The notes under the pieces were generated by a model. The model made no database searches. It saw only the letters and a list, made by a program, of their open reading frames with translations, and was not told the origin of the DNA. From positions 4,605-68,604 of the forward strand of contig DASSQQ010000042.1 in assembly GCA_035702425.1 (NCBI GenBank): 64,000 nucleotides of DNA. Direction: 5' to 3'. This DNA comes from Gemmatimonadales bacterium. GTDB lineage: Bacteria > Gemmatimonadota > Gemmatimonadetes > Gemmatimonadales > GWC2-71-9. Below, piece after piece: positions 32,214 to 42,256 of this stretch (positions are counted from its first letter, which is position 1; the number at the start of each line of letters is the position of its first letter). The position numbers and the translations under genes were made by a program.

Positions 32214-34163
32214 TCAGCCGATCGTCTGCTCGCCGCTGACCCGCTCCGGCGCGGCGGGGAGCTCCACCACGAACTTCGCGCCGCCCAGCTCCGAGTCCTC
32301 GAGCCAGATCCGCCCGCCCACCTCCGCCGCCACCCGCTGACAGATCGCGAGCCCCAGGCCCGACCCCTCGTCGGGTCCCTTGGTGGTGAAGAAGGGGTCG
32401 AAGATCCGGTCTCGCACCGCCGCGGGGACGCCCGGCCCCGAGTCCTCCACGGTGAGCCGCACCCAGCCTTCGCGCGCCAGGGTCGAGAGCCGGATGATCG
32501 CGGGGGTGCGGCCCCGGATGGCGTGCTCGGCGTTGGTGACGAGGTTGATCACCACCTGCTGCAGCTCCTGGCCCAGGCCGAGCACCGCCGCCGCGCCCTG
32601 GTCCATGTCGGTCTGGAATTGGACGTTGTCGGTGCGGAGCACGCGCTGCCGGATCTCGGCCACGTCCCGCACCAGCTCGTTCACCTGGACCCGCGTCGGT
32701 TGGGTGTCGGCCCGGCGGGCGAGGCGCAACAGCGAGCGGACGATCCGTGCCGCGCGATCCACCTCGCGCATGATCGCGCTCGCGGCGGCGCCGGTCTCGG
32801 GGTCGGTCGACCCGCGGCCCAGGAGCTCGGCCTCCATCCGGATCGCGGCGAGCGGATTGTTCACTTCGTGCGCCACGCCGCTCGCGATCTCCCCGACCGT
32901 GGCGAGCTTTTCCCGGGCCACAAGCTCCCGCTGGGCGCGCAGCTCGTCGGTGCGGTCGTACAGGGCCACCAGCAGGTCCTCCGAGCCCAGCCCCGCGAGA
33001 TCGGTCACGGTGCAGTCGCAGATCCGGCGGTCGCCGGAGGGCTGAGTGACCAGCACCCGCCCGTGCCAGGGCTCGGCGCCGCGGCGGCGCGACAGCACCG
33101 CCTTGAGCGAGATCTCGCGCGGCGAGAGTCCGAGGGCGTCGAGACTCTTGCCCAGCGCGTCCGAGTCCGCGTCCACGCCGAACACCCGCCGCGCCGCTTC
33201 GTTCACCTGGTGCACGTGGCCCCGGTCGTCCACCAGCGCCATCGGGAGCGGGCTCGCGCCCACCATCGCGCGGGCGCGATTGGCCGCCGCGCGGGTTCCG
33301 GCCACGAGCTGGGCCAGCTCCAATCCTCCCGCGATGTGCGCCGCCACCGCGAGGAAATAGTGCAGGTCGCTGACGGCGAAGGGAGGCGGGTCCGATTCGT
33401 CGCCGGGCTGGCGATAGCGCAGGAGTCCCACGGCGCCGTGGACTCCCGCGGACCCGTGGAGGGGCGCGATCATCGCCGCGCGGACGTCGACCCCCACACC
33501 GGTCGGCGTGACGGCGTCGGGCTCGGCGAGGAGATTGGCGGTGAGGAGCGCTTCCGCGTTGCGCACCACGCGGCCGGTGGTGCTCGCCTCGAGCGGCAGG
33601 ATCACGTCCTTCAGCTCGGCGGCCTGCTCGAGCGCCACCGCGACCCGGAGCGGGCCGCCTTCGGTCTCCCGGAGAGCGGCGTACGCGCCCTGGGCGTCGA
33701 AGAGCTGGAGCACGCTCTGCAGGGTGTAGCGGAGGGTGAGATCGCGCTCCGGCGCGGCGAGGAGCCAGCGCGAGAGCTCCACGATGAACGCGCCGAGGCG
33801 GCGGTCGCGCTCCAGGGCGAGCCGGCGGCCCACCTGCACCGCGAGATCGGCGGCGGCGTCGAGCACGCTCTGCACGTCGAGGAGCGACGCGCCCGGCGGA
33901 ACCGCGGCGAAGGTCGCGTCCACCCGCCGCCCTTCCTTGTCGCTCCACTCGAGGGCCAGCGGATTGGCCCCGGCGGGGGCGCCCTCTCCCGCTTTCGCGG
34001 TGCCCCGCGCGGCCCGCCCGCGATACTTGAGCTCCACCCGCGCCCCTCCCGCCCAGTCGGAGAGCGCGGCGGCCGCGGCGGCCCAGAAGTCGGCGGCGCG
34101 GGCGGCGCCCGCGGACGCGGCGACGAGACGGCGGATGGGTGCGAGAGCGGCGGACGGTTTCAT
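32214..34163 (-). CDS. multi-sensor (GAF/PAS-like) histidine kinase
   Basis: C-terminal HisKA/HATPase motifs VAHEVNNPLAAI, LVTNAEHAI, DSGPGVP and GSGLGLAI, with a long N-terminal sensory region. Confidence 0.8.
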   Translation of the reverse strand: MKPSAALAPIRRLVAASAGAARAADFWAAAAAALSDWAGGARVELKYRGRAARGTAKAGEGAPAGANPLALEWSDKEGRRVDATFAAVPPGASLLDVQSVLDAAADLAVQVGRRLALERDRRLGAFIVELSRWLLAAPERDLTLRYTLQSVLQLFDAQGAYAALRETEGGPLRVAVALEQAAELKDVILPLEASTTGRVVRNAEALLTANLLAEPDAVTPTGVGVDVRAAMIAPLHGSAGVHGAVGLLRYRQPGDESDPPPFAVSDLHYFLAVAAHIAGGLELAQLVAGTRAAANRARAMVGASPLPMALVDDRGHVHQVNEAARRVFGVDADSDALGKSLDALGLSPREISLKAVLSRRRGAEPWHGRVLVTQPSGDRRICDCTVTDLAGLGSEDLLVALYDRTDELRAQRELVAREKLATVGEIASGVAHEVNNPLAAIRMEAELLGRGSTDPETGAAASAIMREVDRAARIVRSLLRLARRADTQPTRVQVNELVRDVAEIRQRVLRTDNVQFQTDMDQGAAAVLGLGQELQQVVINLVTNAEHAIRGRTPAIIRLSTLAREGWVRLTVEDSGPGVPAAVRDRIFDPFFTTKGPDEGSGLGLAICQRVAAEVGGRIWLEDSELGGAKFVVELPAAPERVSGEQTIG

Positions 34164-34225
34164 GAGCCGGAGGCGGGAATATACGCCGTCCGGCGCGGCC
34201 CGCCTTCACGCTTCGCGGGGCGGGA

Positions 34226-35476
34226 CTAGGCGCGAATCGCGCCCGGGAACCGCGCCTGGTCCGGCGCGAACCCGGGGAACACGGCGGGGAGATTCGCGGC
34301 GCCCAGGTGGCGCGCCAGGACTTCGCCGAAGAGGTCGCGAAAATCGGTGGTGACGGCGACGTCCCGTCCCTCGAAACGCTGAGCGGGATCGAGTCCGGGC
34401 CAGCGGCCCAGCACCTTGCCGCCGTTCACCGCGCCACCCAGCACCAGCATCGCGGTGGCGTGCCCGTGATCGGTCCCGCTCGATCCGTTTTCCCTGATGG
34501 TGCGCCCGAACTCGGACATGGTGAGCAGGACCACGTCGCCGCGGCGGTCGCCGAGGTCGCGCATGAACGCGGCCAGGCTCCCCGCGAAGTCGGTGAGACG
34601 CGCGGCCAGCTGGCCCTCGCTCGCGCCCTGGTTCACGTGGGTGTCCCAGCCGGTCACGTCGGCGAAGGCGACGCGGAGCCCGAGGTCCGCCTTGATGAGC
34701 TGGGCGATTTCCTTGAGCGAGCGGCCCAGCTTGCCCGCGGGGTAGGACGCGCCGTTCGCCGGCGTGTAGCTCGCGGGATCGATGCCGGAAAGCATCCGGA
34801 CCGCCTCGAACCCTTCCTGCGACGACGACGCGACGAGCCCGGTGGATCCGCCCTGGTACAGGGCTTCGAAGGCGCGGGTAACCTTGTCGCGGGCGCCCGC
34901 GCCCGCGGCGCGCAGCCCGAAGGCCTGGAGATCGTCGATGGCGAGCGCGGGAGCGCTCCCGGCGAGAATGCGGGGCAGCTCGGGCCCGAAGGCGACGGCG
35001 TGAAACGGGGTGTCGGCGTGCTCGCGGTCGTGCTGGCAGTAGCGGTTGAGCCACCCGTCGGGCGTGGTCTTGCTGCCCGGGGTGCCGGTCTCCATGTAGT
35101 CCTGCGCGTCGAAGTGACTGCGGGAGGAGTCCGGGGAGCCGGCGGCGTGGATCACGGCGAGGGTCTTGTCGTCCCACAGCGGCTTGAGCGGCGCGAGCGA
35201 GGGATGGAGCCCGAAGTAGCCGTCGAGATCGATGACGTCCGTCGCCGGCACCGCGATCCGGGGCCGCTCCTCGTAATAGATCCGGTCGCCGTGGGGGACG
35301 ATCATGTTGAGGCCGTCCACGGCCCCGCGCTGGAAGAGGCAGACCAGAATGGGTCCCGAGGGCGCGTGCCCCGGCGCCGGGGACGCGAACGCCGCGCGGG
35401 CGAGGAACAGGGGGTCGAGCCCGAAGCTCACCAGGGCGAGGCCGCCCGACTTCACGAACACGCGACGCGAGACCAT
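34226..35476 (-). CDS. DUF1501 (sulfatase-fold) family protein with Tat-like signal
   Basis: MVSRRVFVKSGGLALV twin-arginine-like signal. The DUF1501 pattern includes TMSEFGRT and GTDHGHAT. Confidence 0.8.
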   Translation of the reverse strand: MVSRRVFVKSGGLALVSFGLDPLFLARAAFASPAPGHAPSGPILVCLFQRGAVDGLNMIVPHGDRIYYEERPRIAVPATDVIDLDGYFGLHPSLAPLKPLWDDKTLAVIHAAGSPDSSRSHFDAQDYMETGTPGSKTTPDGWLNRYCQHDREHADTPFHAVAFGPELPRILAGSAPALAIDDLQAFGLRAAGAGARDKVTRAFEALYQGGSTGLVASSSQEGFEAVRMLSGIDPASYTPANGASYPAGKLGRSLKEIAQLIKADLGLRVAFADVTGWDTHVNQGASEGQLAARLTDFAGSLAAFMRDLGDRRGDVVLLTMSEFGRTIRENGSSGTDHGHATAMLVLGGAVNGGKVLGRWPGLDPAQRFEGRDVAVTTDFRDLFGEVLARHLGAANLPAVFPGFAPDQARFPGAIRA

Positions 35477-35491
35477 CGGTTCCTCCGTTCG

Positions 35492-37084
35492 CTACTGCTT
35501 CTGGAAATCGGGGCCGCCCAGCGCGAGCCCCACGGCGAAGCTGCGGCGGGCCGCGGGGTCTCGCAGGTCGGCGAGCTCATCCCGGATCACCGAGCGGGTG
35601 TGGGCGGACATCGCGCCGCCGAGCACTCGAGCGTTGATCCGGTCGAGGAGCGTGTCCGGGTCGGGGGCCGGGGGCACCACCGAGTCGAGATCCACCGTGA
35701 CTCCCGGGAGCCGTCCCGCCGCGATCGCGACCGCGGCGTTCATCCGGGCGAGCAGCGCGCCGCTCGTCACCCAGTCGTCCTGGCGCTCCGGGTACCCGTC
35801 GGGCGCCACGTGCTGATAGAGCGGCTCGCCGAGGCGCGCCACCACCTGCGCCAGGCGCGGGGTGGAGTCGGGATCGGCCGAGACGGCCCGCACCGCGCTC
35901 ACCAGGAACTCGAGCGGGGTCTTGACCTTGTTGTTCAGGTTGGCGGGCGCCCAGAAGTCGGGCCCGTGAAAGATGGCGCGAAGAATCTCGCGGATGTCTC
36001 CGTCGGAGCGCTCCCAGGCGGCCACCGCGTCGTCCACGCAGCCGTCGGGCGGATCGTCCGCCACGAACCGCGCGCAGAGCTGCCGGGAGACGTGGTGCAT
36101 GGTGGCGTGCTGGCTCGCGAGCCAGGAGAGGAGCGAGCGGCCTTCGTCCTCGCCGCCTCCGGCGGGATAAGGCACGCCCATCACCACCTTTGCGCCGCGG
36201 TCGTGAGCCCAGTCCCGGTACGCGAAGTCGGCGCCCTGGCGCGGCGGGGTGATGCCCCACCCGGTGAGGACGCGCGCCACGTTGATCACGTCGTCTTGGG
36301 TGTACCCGCCGTCCACGCCCAGGGTGTGGAGCTCGAGGAGCTCGCGGGCGTAGTTCTCGTTGATCCCCTGCGGCCGGGCCTTGCCGCCGGCGCCGCGCCT
36401 CCCGCCACCCCGGGGCGGCTCGGAACCCGGCGCCACGCTCTCCCAGTTGTCGAGATAGAACATCATCGCCGGACTCCGCGCCGTGGCGATGAGCAGGTCC
36501 CGGAATTTGCCGAGGGCATGGGGACGGATCACGTGCTCCACGTAGTCGGGGAGGAGAAACCGGTCGGCGCCCTTGGTGAGCGACACGTTGAAGTGGTTGG
36601 TCCAGAAGTCGACCATCACTTCCTCGAGCTGGCGCTCGGAGAGCGCGGCCCGCACCACCGCGACCTCCTGGAGCTCGCCCGCGAGACGGCGGGCCTGCCG
36701 CACCTCGGGCGTCATCGCGGCGGGGTCCGGGTCCGCCGGGGAGGCGGCGGTCCGGGACATCGAGTCCGCGAGCCGCGCCCGCCGGGCGCGCTGGGCCGCG
36801 GTGTAGGCGTCCGCGAGATCCTGGCGCGACATCCGGAGCAGGGGGAAGGCTCGCTCCTTCGCCGCGAGCACCGGGTCCGGAATCCGGTCCGGCTGGAGCT
36901 GAGCGTCGATCCAGTTGAGGACGCCCATCCCGGCGACGCGCTCCACCTCGCCGGGCCGCGGTCCGTAGGCGAGCCGGTTCAAGGCGTGCAGGGCGGAATC
37001 CCGGGGGGTGAGGGTGGCGGGCCCCTGGGCGGGCGCGGTCCGGGCCACGAGGGCCAGGGCGCCGATCAGCGGGAAGAGCTTCAT
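35492..37084 (-). CDS. DUF1800 family protein, the conserved partner of DUF1501
   Basis: Signal peptide. Conserved DUF1800 regions (FWTNHFNVS, NENYARELLELHTLGV). Confidence 0.8.
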   Translation of the reverse strand: MKLFPLIGALALVARTAPAQGPATLTPRDSALHALNRLAYGPRPGEVERVAGMGVLNWIDAQLQPDRIPDPVLAAKERAFPLLRMSRQDLADAYTAAQRARRARLADSMSRTAASPADPDPAAMTPEVRQARRLAGELQEVAVVRAALSERQLEEVMVDFWTNHFNVSLTKGADRFLLPDYVEHVIRPHALGKFRDLLIATARSPAMMFYLDNWESVAPGSEPPRGGGRRGAGGKARPQGINENYARELLELHTLGVDGGYTQDDVINVARVLTGWGITPPRQGADFAYRDWAHDRGAKVVMGVPYPAGGGEDEGRSLLSWLASQHATMHHVSRQLCARFVADDPPDGCVDDAVAAWERSDGDIREILRAIFHGPDFWAPANLNNKVKTPLEFLVSAVRAVSADPDSTPRLAQVVARLGEPLYQHVAPDGYPERQDDWVTSGALLARMNAAVAIAAGRLPGVTVDLDSVVPPAPDPDTLLDRINARVLGGAMSAHTRSVIRDELADLRDPAARRSFAVGLALGGPDFQKQ

Positions 37085-37136
37085 GTGACTATTCTGACGA
37101 CACGCCCCCCGGTCCGTTAAGGGTGCGGGGCCACCA

Positions 37137-37661
37137 CTACGCCAGGTAACGTTCCTTTATGATGTCCAGATGGTGCCGTTCGTGACCCGCGATGATGTGA
37201 ACCAGCGCCCGCACCGTGACCGGATGACCGCTCGCGATCCCCTGGCGCTCGAAGGCGCCGGCCGGCAGCCCGCGCACCAGCGCGAGGGTCGCCGCGCGCA
37301 CCGCGGCGAGCTCGGCCGCGAGATCGGCGAGAGGCCGCGCGTCGAAGTTGCCCGCGGGCACGTACGCGTTCTCGTCGAACTTGGCGAGCGCCGAGGCGTC
37401 CCCGCGGCCGAAACGCAGCGCCCGGTAGGCGAAGACCCGCTCCGCGTCCGCGACGTGGCCCACCACTTCCTTGATGCTCCACTTGCCCGGCGCGTAGCGG
37501 TGCAAGGCCTTGGCCTCGGGGATGGACGCGAGGAACGCGGGCGTCTCCTTCGCCTGGCGCTCGAGCTGCGCCAGCACGTCGCCCTGGACCTTGGCGATGT
37601 AGCCGGCGTAGTGAGGATTGTATTCGACGGCCTCGGGGCGGGCGATGGTGAGCTTCGGCAT
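37137..37661 (-). CDS. DinB/YfiT-like (DinB_2) metal-dependent hydrolase-fold protein
   Basis: Conserved His triad arrangement (…GHVADAERV…, HIIAGHERHHLDII). Confidence 0.7.
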   Translation of the reverse strand: MPKLTIARPEAVEYNPHYAGYIAKVQGDVLAQLERQAKETPAFLASIPEAKALHRYAPGKWSIKEVVGHVADAERVFAYRALRFGRGDASALAKFDENAYVPAGNFDARPLADLAAELAAVRAATLALVRGLPAGAFERQGIASGHPVTVRALVHIIAGHERHHLDIIKERYLA

Positions 37662-37741
37662 CGGTTGGCTCTCGAGCAGGGTTACGCGGAATATACCCGG
37701 GGCCGCCCCAACGGCGCGGCGCGGGGCTTCGTAGAGGAGAC

Positions 37742-38428
37742 GTGATGTCGCTCTCGGATCACCCGCTCTCGGCCCTCGCCACGCTGTTCGCGGCCGGCGT
37801 GGTCACCAGTCTCACGCCCTGCATCTACCCGATGATCCCCATCACCGCGGGGGTGCTGGCGGGGACCGCCGGCGGCGGGGCGCCGCGCCGCCGGGTGGTG
37901 ACGCTCACCCTGACTTACGTGTCCGGGCTCGCGCTCTTCTACGCCCTGCTCGGCCTCCTCGCGGGACTTTCGGGGACCCTCTTCGGCACCGTCTCCGCGA
38001 ATCCGTGGGCGCGCTTCGCGACCGGCAACCTGCTCCTGCTCTTCGGGCTCGCGATGCTCGACGTCTTTCCGGTGGCGATGCCCCAGCGGCTCCTCGCCTG
38101 GGCCGGCGGATTGGGAGGCGGCTCCTACCCGGCGGTCTTTCTCCTCGGCGCCACCTCGGGGATCGTGGCGGCGCCCTGCGGCGCGCCCGCCTTCGGCGTG
38201 GTGCTCACCTGGGTCGCCACCACCCACAGCGCGGTGTGGGGGTTCATCTATCTGTTCGTCTTCTCGCTCGGCATGATGGTGCTGCTCGTCGGCGTGGGGC
38301 TCTTTTCCGGCGCCGCCGCCCGGCTGCCGCGGCCCGGACCCTGGCTCGCCTGGGTGAAACGGGGGGCGGGGTTGATCATGCTGGCGATGGCGGAGTATTA
38401 CTTCATTCAAATGGGACAGGTGCTGTGA
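37742..38428 (+). CDS. ccdA: cytochrome c-type biogenesis protein CcdA (DsbD transmembrane-domain family)
   Basis: Two conserved Cys in TM regions (SLTPCIYPMIP … AAPCGAPAF). Six TM segments. Confidence 0.8.
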   Translation: MMSLSDHPLSALATLFAAGVVTSLTPCIYPMIPITAGVLAGTAGGGAPRRRVVTLTLTYVSGLALFYALLGLLAGLSGTLFGTVSANPWARFATGNLLLLFGLAMLDVFPVAMPQRLLAWAGGLGGGSYPAVFLLGATSGIVAAPCGAPAFGVVLTWVATTHSAVWGFIYLFVFSLGMMVLLVGVGLFSGAAARLPRPGPWLAWVKRGAGLIMLAMAEYYFIQMGQVL

Positions 38429-38943
38429 AGAGAATGCGTGGTGCGTGGTGCGGGCTTGTGCTCGGCGCGCTGCTGGCCGCGGCGCAACCTCTGAGAGCGC
38501 AGGATGAGGGGGACCTGGGTATCGCGCTCGGGGCGAAGCCGGCGCCGGTCCAGATCCAGGACCTCAACGGAAAGCCGGTGGACCTCGGCGCCTACATCGG
38601 CAAGGGCCCGGTGCTGCTCGAGTTCTGGGCCACCTGGTGTCCGATCTGCCGCGCCCTCGAGCCCCGGCTTCGCGCGGCGTACGCCAGGTACTCCTCCCAG
38701 GTCACCTTCCTGATCGTGGGCGTGGCGGTGAACGAGACTCCGGAAACGATCCGCCGTCACGTCGCCGATCATCCGCTGCCCGGCACCGTCCTCTGGGACG
38801 TGGAGGGCCGGGCGGTGCGCGCCTTCGACGCGCCCCAGACCTCCTACGTCGTGATGCTCGACAAGAATGGCAAAGTGGCATACACCGGGGCGGGGTCCGA
38901 CCAGGATATCGAAGGGGCGGTGGCGAAGATGCTGAGTCGCTGA
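38425..38943 (+). CDS. TlpA/ResA-like periplasmic thiol-disulfide oxidoreductase (thioredoxin fold)
   Basis: Signal peptide and a WCPIC active site. The GTG start overlaps the ccdA stop. Confidence 0.75.
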   Translation: MKRMRGAWCGLVLGALLAAAQPLRAQDEGDLGIALGAKPAPVQIQDLNGKPVDLGAYIGKGPVLLEFWATWCPICRALEPRLRAAYARYSSQVTFLIVGVAVNETPETIRRHVADHPLPGTVLWDVEGRAVRAFDAPQTSYVVMLDKNGKVAYTGAGSDQDIEGAVAKMLSR

Positions 38944-39011
38944 GACGCCAAGTCGGTAAGTCGCGACGTGAAGAGATGGCGACTTACCGACCGGGCGACG
39001 TTTGCGCCTTC

Positions 39012-39584
39012 CTAATGCCTGGTGGTGTCCGGTAGCGTCCTCTCGATCGCGACCCGCAAACTGTCGTACGCCGTCGGATCGATTTCCCGGAACGGCGTCG
39101 CCCGCCAGGCGATCTTCCCGTCCGGTCCCACCACGAAGAGAGTGCGGTTGTCGAGCTTGTACTTGGCGAAGTAGGCGCCGTACGCCTTGCCCACCGCCGA
39201 GCCGGTATCGCTCGCCATCAGGAACGGGAAGTCCGAGTCCCGCATCCAGGACTGCTGGGCCGTATCCACGTCGGCCGAGATTCCGATCAACACCACGTTG
39301 CGTCCACCCTTGAAGACCGGCGCGTACTGATCACGGTACGCGTTCATTTGGATCGTTCACCCACGCGTTCGGGCTTTGAAGTAGAACGCGATCACCACGG
39401 TCTTGCCCCGGAAATCGGAGAGCCGGACCGGGTTCCTGAGGGTGCCGAACCGGGTGGAGCCGGGCAGCGAGAAATCGGGCGCCACCGTTCCGACCGCGAG
39501 CGGCGTCGAGTCGGAGGCCGCCTGCGCGGCGGCCGGACCCGCGGCGAGCGCGAGCGCGGTGGTGAACAACAGAGCTCGGTGCAT
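39012..39584 (-). CDS. Bcp/PrxQ-type peroxiredoxin, secreted, with an in-frame TGA at the peroxidatic-Cys position. Candidate selenoprotein, or alternatively a nonsense pseudogene
   Basis: Track ORFs 39357..39584 and 39012..39347 share one frame and are separated only by the TGA at 39357-39359. The read-through product [37 protein letters not shown] aligns residue-for-residue with E. coli Bcp [35 protein letters not shown], and the TGA sits exactly on Cys45. Confidence 0.6.
39321..39342 (-). ncRNA. SECIS-like mRNA hairpin 14 nt downstream of the in-frame UGA of the peroxiredoxin
   Basis: On the mRNA it reads CGCGUAC-CGUGAUCA-GUACGCG, a perfect 7-bp stem with a GU-containing apical loop. The apex is ~21-25 nt from the UGA, within the bacterial SECIS spacing window. 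Confidence 0.45.
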
Positions 39585-39612
39585 GGACGCTCCTTGAAGG
39601 TCCTTAATAGTA

Positions 39613-40254
39613 CTACTTCTTCACCATCTTGAAGGCGTGGTTCCAGCCCCCGGTGGTGGCGCCGTAGATCACCCACAGGATGCACAGCGGCTCCAGCAGA
39701 CGCGCCCCTTCGATTCCGCCCACGTCGATCGACCCCTGCCAGCCGAACGACTTGAGAATCCCGTTCACCGTTTCCTTGGCTGCCGCGTCGTTTCCGGCGA
39801 TGAACATGTCGGGCGGGCCGCCGGGGAACTGCGGGTGCACCATGTGGGCGTGGCCCACGATGTTGAACGCCTTCACCACCCGGGCGTCGGGGAGCCAGCG
39901 CTGGATCTGCTCGCCGCCGGAATCGGTGTGGCCCAACGCCAGGCGGGGCGGCATGCCGCGGGAGAAATCGAGCGGGTTGGTGGCGTCGATCACCACCTTG
40001 CCCGCGAAATTCGTCGGGTCGGCGAGTTTGATGGCGTTCTCGGTGCCGGTCCAGAGGGTGGCGAGCACCACCAGCTCGCCGAACTTCGCCGCGTCCGCGA
40101 AGGAACCCACCGAGGCCTTGGGCCCCGCCGTCTTCAGCCAGTCGGCGAGCTTCTTCGAGTCCCGCGTCCCCAGCTTCACTTCGTCGCCCCTGCCCGCGAA
40201 TCCCTTGGCGAGCGCCTTCGCCACGTCGCCCGATCCCAGAATCCCGATTTTCAT
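39613..40254 (-). CDS. NADPH-dependent F420 reductase-like / NAD(P)-binding oxidoreductase
   Basis: Start at [19 protein letters not shown] (Rossmann GxGxxA). ~213 aa. The longer track ORF carries a low-quality N-terminal extension. Confidence 0.65.
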   Translation of the reverse strand: MKIGILGSGDVAKALAKGFAGRGDEVKLGTRDSKKLADWLKTAGPKASVGSFADAAKFGELVVLATLWTGTENAIKLADPTNFAGKVVIDATNPLDFSRGMPPRLALGHTDSGGEQIQRWLPDARVVKAFNIVGHAHMVHPQFPGGPPDMFIAGNDAAAKETVNGILKSFGWQGSIDVGGIEGARLLEPLCILWVIYGATTGGWNHAFKMVKK

Positions 40255-40313
40255 CGTCTCACCCGCCGCTCTCCGTTGGTTGGCGAACACCGCGCTCCCC
40301 GCGCGGGTTCCCG

Positions 40314-41246
40314 TCAGTCCATCGCGACCTTTTCGATCGCCGAAAGCCGCGAAATGTCCACCGTGGGGACGCCCCGCCCATCGTGCCGGAACATGTCCAG
40401 GAATCGCGCGCCGCACACCACCTCGCCGGCGCGATAGGAGGTGCGGGCGTGCACCGTCTGGGTGAAGGTGTCGTCGGTGCCGGCGAGAAGCACCAGGAAC
40501 TCGCTGTCCGAGCTCCGGAGCCCCTCGGCGGTCGCGTCCTTGAGCGGGCTCTGGTCGTCTATGGGGTGGACGACGGTCCACGAAAGCGGGAAGAACGCCA
40601 CCCGCCGCCGCTCCAGGGTCAGGGCGTGAAATTCACGGGACCCGCCGCCCGCCCGCCGGCGGGTGAGCACCACCTGGGCGTCGAGCTCCACGATCTCGCT
40701 CTTGCGCCCGTTCACGATCCGGAACATGAACGCCTCGCCGCCGCGGTAGGGGGCGATCACCGCGACGTCGGAAAAGAGAATCGCCGCCGTGGGCCGGGAC
40801 ACCCGCGCGAAGGCGAGCCCCGCCGCGAGCGCGAACACCAGCAGGCCGACCAGGGCCTCGAGGGTCACCAGCAGATTCGCCACCAGGCTCCCCGGCGTGA
40901 CGTTGCCGTACCCGATGGTTGCCAGGGTGTGGACGCTGAAGAAGAACGCGCGGCCGAATCCCGAGACCGGGGCGCCGCTCGCGTTCACCAGGGCGCCGGG
41001 CCCCGAGGCGAGGTAGAGCAGGGCGAAGATGGCGTTCAGCGCGAGAAAGGCGCCGCAGACGAGGAGCAGGAAGTGCGGCCAGGAAATGGTGAGGAGATCG
41101 CGGTACAGCGAATGCGAGCGCCAGTAGGGGAGTCCCTCCCGGCGCACGTTGAAGCTGCCGTCCTTGTTGAGGAGCCGGCTCTTCGCTTCCCGGGCTACGA
41201 CGGACCCGAACCCCAGGTCCTCCGGCGGCTCTCGGGTTACGGCCAC
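40314..41246 (-). CDS. inward-rectifier-type prokaryotic K+ channel (KirBac family)
   Basis: Slide helix, two TM segments and the TIGYG selectivity filter (HTLATIGYGNVTP), followed by a Kir-type cytoplasmic beta-rich domain. Confidence 0.75.
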   Translation of the reverse strand: MAVTREPPEDLGFGSVVAREAKSRLLNKDGSFNVRREGLPYWRSHSLYRDLLTISWPHFLLLVCGAFLALNAIFALLYLASGPGALVNASGAPVSGFGRAFFFSVHTLATIGYGNVTPGSLVANLLVTLEALVGLLVFALAAGLAFARVSRPTAAILFSDVAVIAPYRGGEAFMFRIVNGRKSEIVELDAQVVLTRRRAGGGSREFHALTLERRRVAFFPLSWTVVHPIDDQSPLKDATAEGLRSSDSEFLVLLAGTDDTFTQTVHARTSYRAGEVVCGARFLDMFRHDGRGVPTVDISRLSAIEKVAMD

Positions 41247-41250
41247 CCGT

Positions 41251-41424
41251 CTAGAACTCGCGCTTCTTCATCTCGCTGAAGAAGTCGCGCACCTCGGTGT
41301 CCTCTTCCTGGCGAATGCGCAGGGTATCGTCGTAGGTGGGGCGCGCTTTCGCCTTGGGCTTCGCGGCCTGGGCCGAGAGCTTCTTCACGAGCTTCGCCAT
41401 CTTGCGGTCGTCGCTGGCGGACAT
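41251..41424 (-). CDS. hypothetical small basic protein (57 aa)
   Basis: ATG-started ORF (MSASDDRKMAKLVKKLSAQAAKPKAK…) with good codon bias. No known family. Confidence 0.35.
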   Translation of the reverse strand: MSASDDRKMAKLVKKLSAQAAKPKAKARPTYDDTLRIRQEEDTEVRDFFSEMKKREF

Positions 41425-41486
41425 CCGGACCCTCCTCCGGGTGGGAGTGCGTGGGTGAAACCTAATGCGGTCCCCCCCGGGGGGCG

Positions 41487-42176
41487 CTAGGGACGCCGCG
41501 CCTCCGCCGTATCCATCGTAATGTGCACGTTGATGATGGAGTCGTGGCGGTGGGTGAGGGTGATCTTCCAGATCAGCACCTCCGGCCCGTCCGGGGAGCG
41601 CTTGGAGCAATAGTCGCGCGCCTTGTCGTCGAAGGGCGCCTCGGCTTCGGACTTGAAGCTGCACTCGAACCCGTAGCTCCGCAGGGAATCCATCGCCGCC
41701 GCCGGCCGCCCCCCGAGCGGCAGGAGACCCGCGGTGCGCGCCTGAAGATCGAGCGCCGAGTGCGCGCCGTCGGTGAGCGCGTCCGAGAGCACCGGCGGAT
41801 ACCAGACCCGGTAGGTGAGGACGCCGCCCAGGTACAGCGCGGGAATGATGAACAGCAGCGCGTGACCGAGCGTGATCACCTGGGGCAGGGGCTCGGGGAG
41901 CGTCTCGGTGATGTCCTCCCGCTCGGCCCGCAGGGTCTCGACCGTGGTCACGACCTTGTAGATCGCGGCGTACAGGAAGAGCGGAATCACCCATCCCGAG
42001 AGCCGCGCGTTCAGGCGGATGTCCCAGTACGCGAGGAACAGCGCGGCGCACGCCGCCGAGCACGCGGCCTCGGCCGCGACCCGTACGATGTCGCGCCGGC
42101 GGAGCAGCGCGAGGAGGAGCGCTCCGCCCGAAAGCACGAGACCGACCACGAGCTGCGCGCTGGCCCAGCCGGGCAT
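41487..42176 (-). CDS. hypothetical polytopic membrane protein
   Basis: 229 aa with several TM segments. No recognised motif. Confidence 0.45.
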   Translation of the reverse strand: MPGWASAQLVVGLVLSGGALLLALLRRRDIVRVAAEAACSAACAALFLAYWDIRLNARLSGWVIPLFLYAAIYKVVTTVETLRAEREDITETLPEPLPQVITLGHALLFIIPALYLGGVLTYRVWYPPVLSDALTDGAHSALDLQARTAGLLPLGGRPAAAMDSLRSYGFECSFKSEAEAPFDDKARDYCSKRSPDGPEVLIWKITLTHRHDSIINVHITMDTAEARRP

Positions 42177-42256
42177 GCGTCCTCCTTGGCGAACCCGGTC
42201 AACGTACGCCGCTTGGCCGCGGGGCGCGACGGCCGGGCCGCGCTATCTTCTCTCCC

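Noticed and set aside
39012-39584. Peroxiredoxin as two independent small genes (39357..39584 and 39012..39347)
   Set aside because: - Neither half is a complete thioredoxin fold.
- They are in the same frame and split exactly at the peroxidatic-Cys codon.
- A Sec-encoding gene or a nonsense pseudogene are the only coherent readings.
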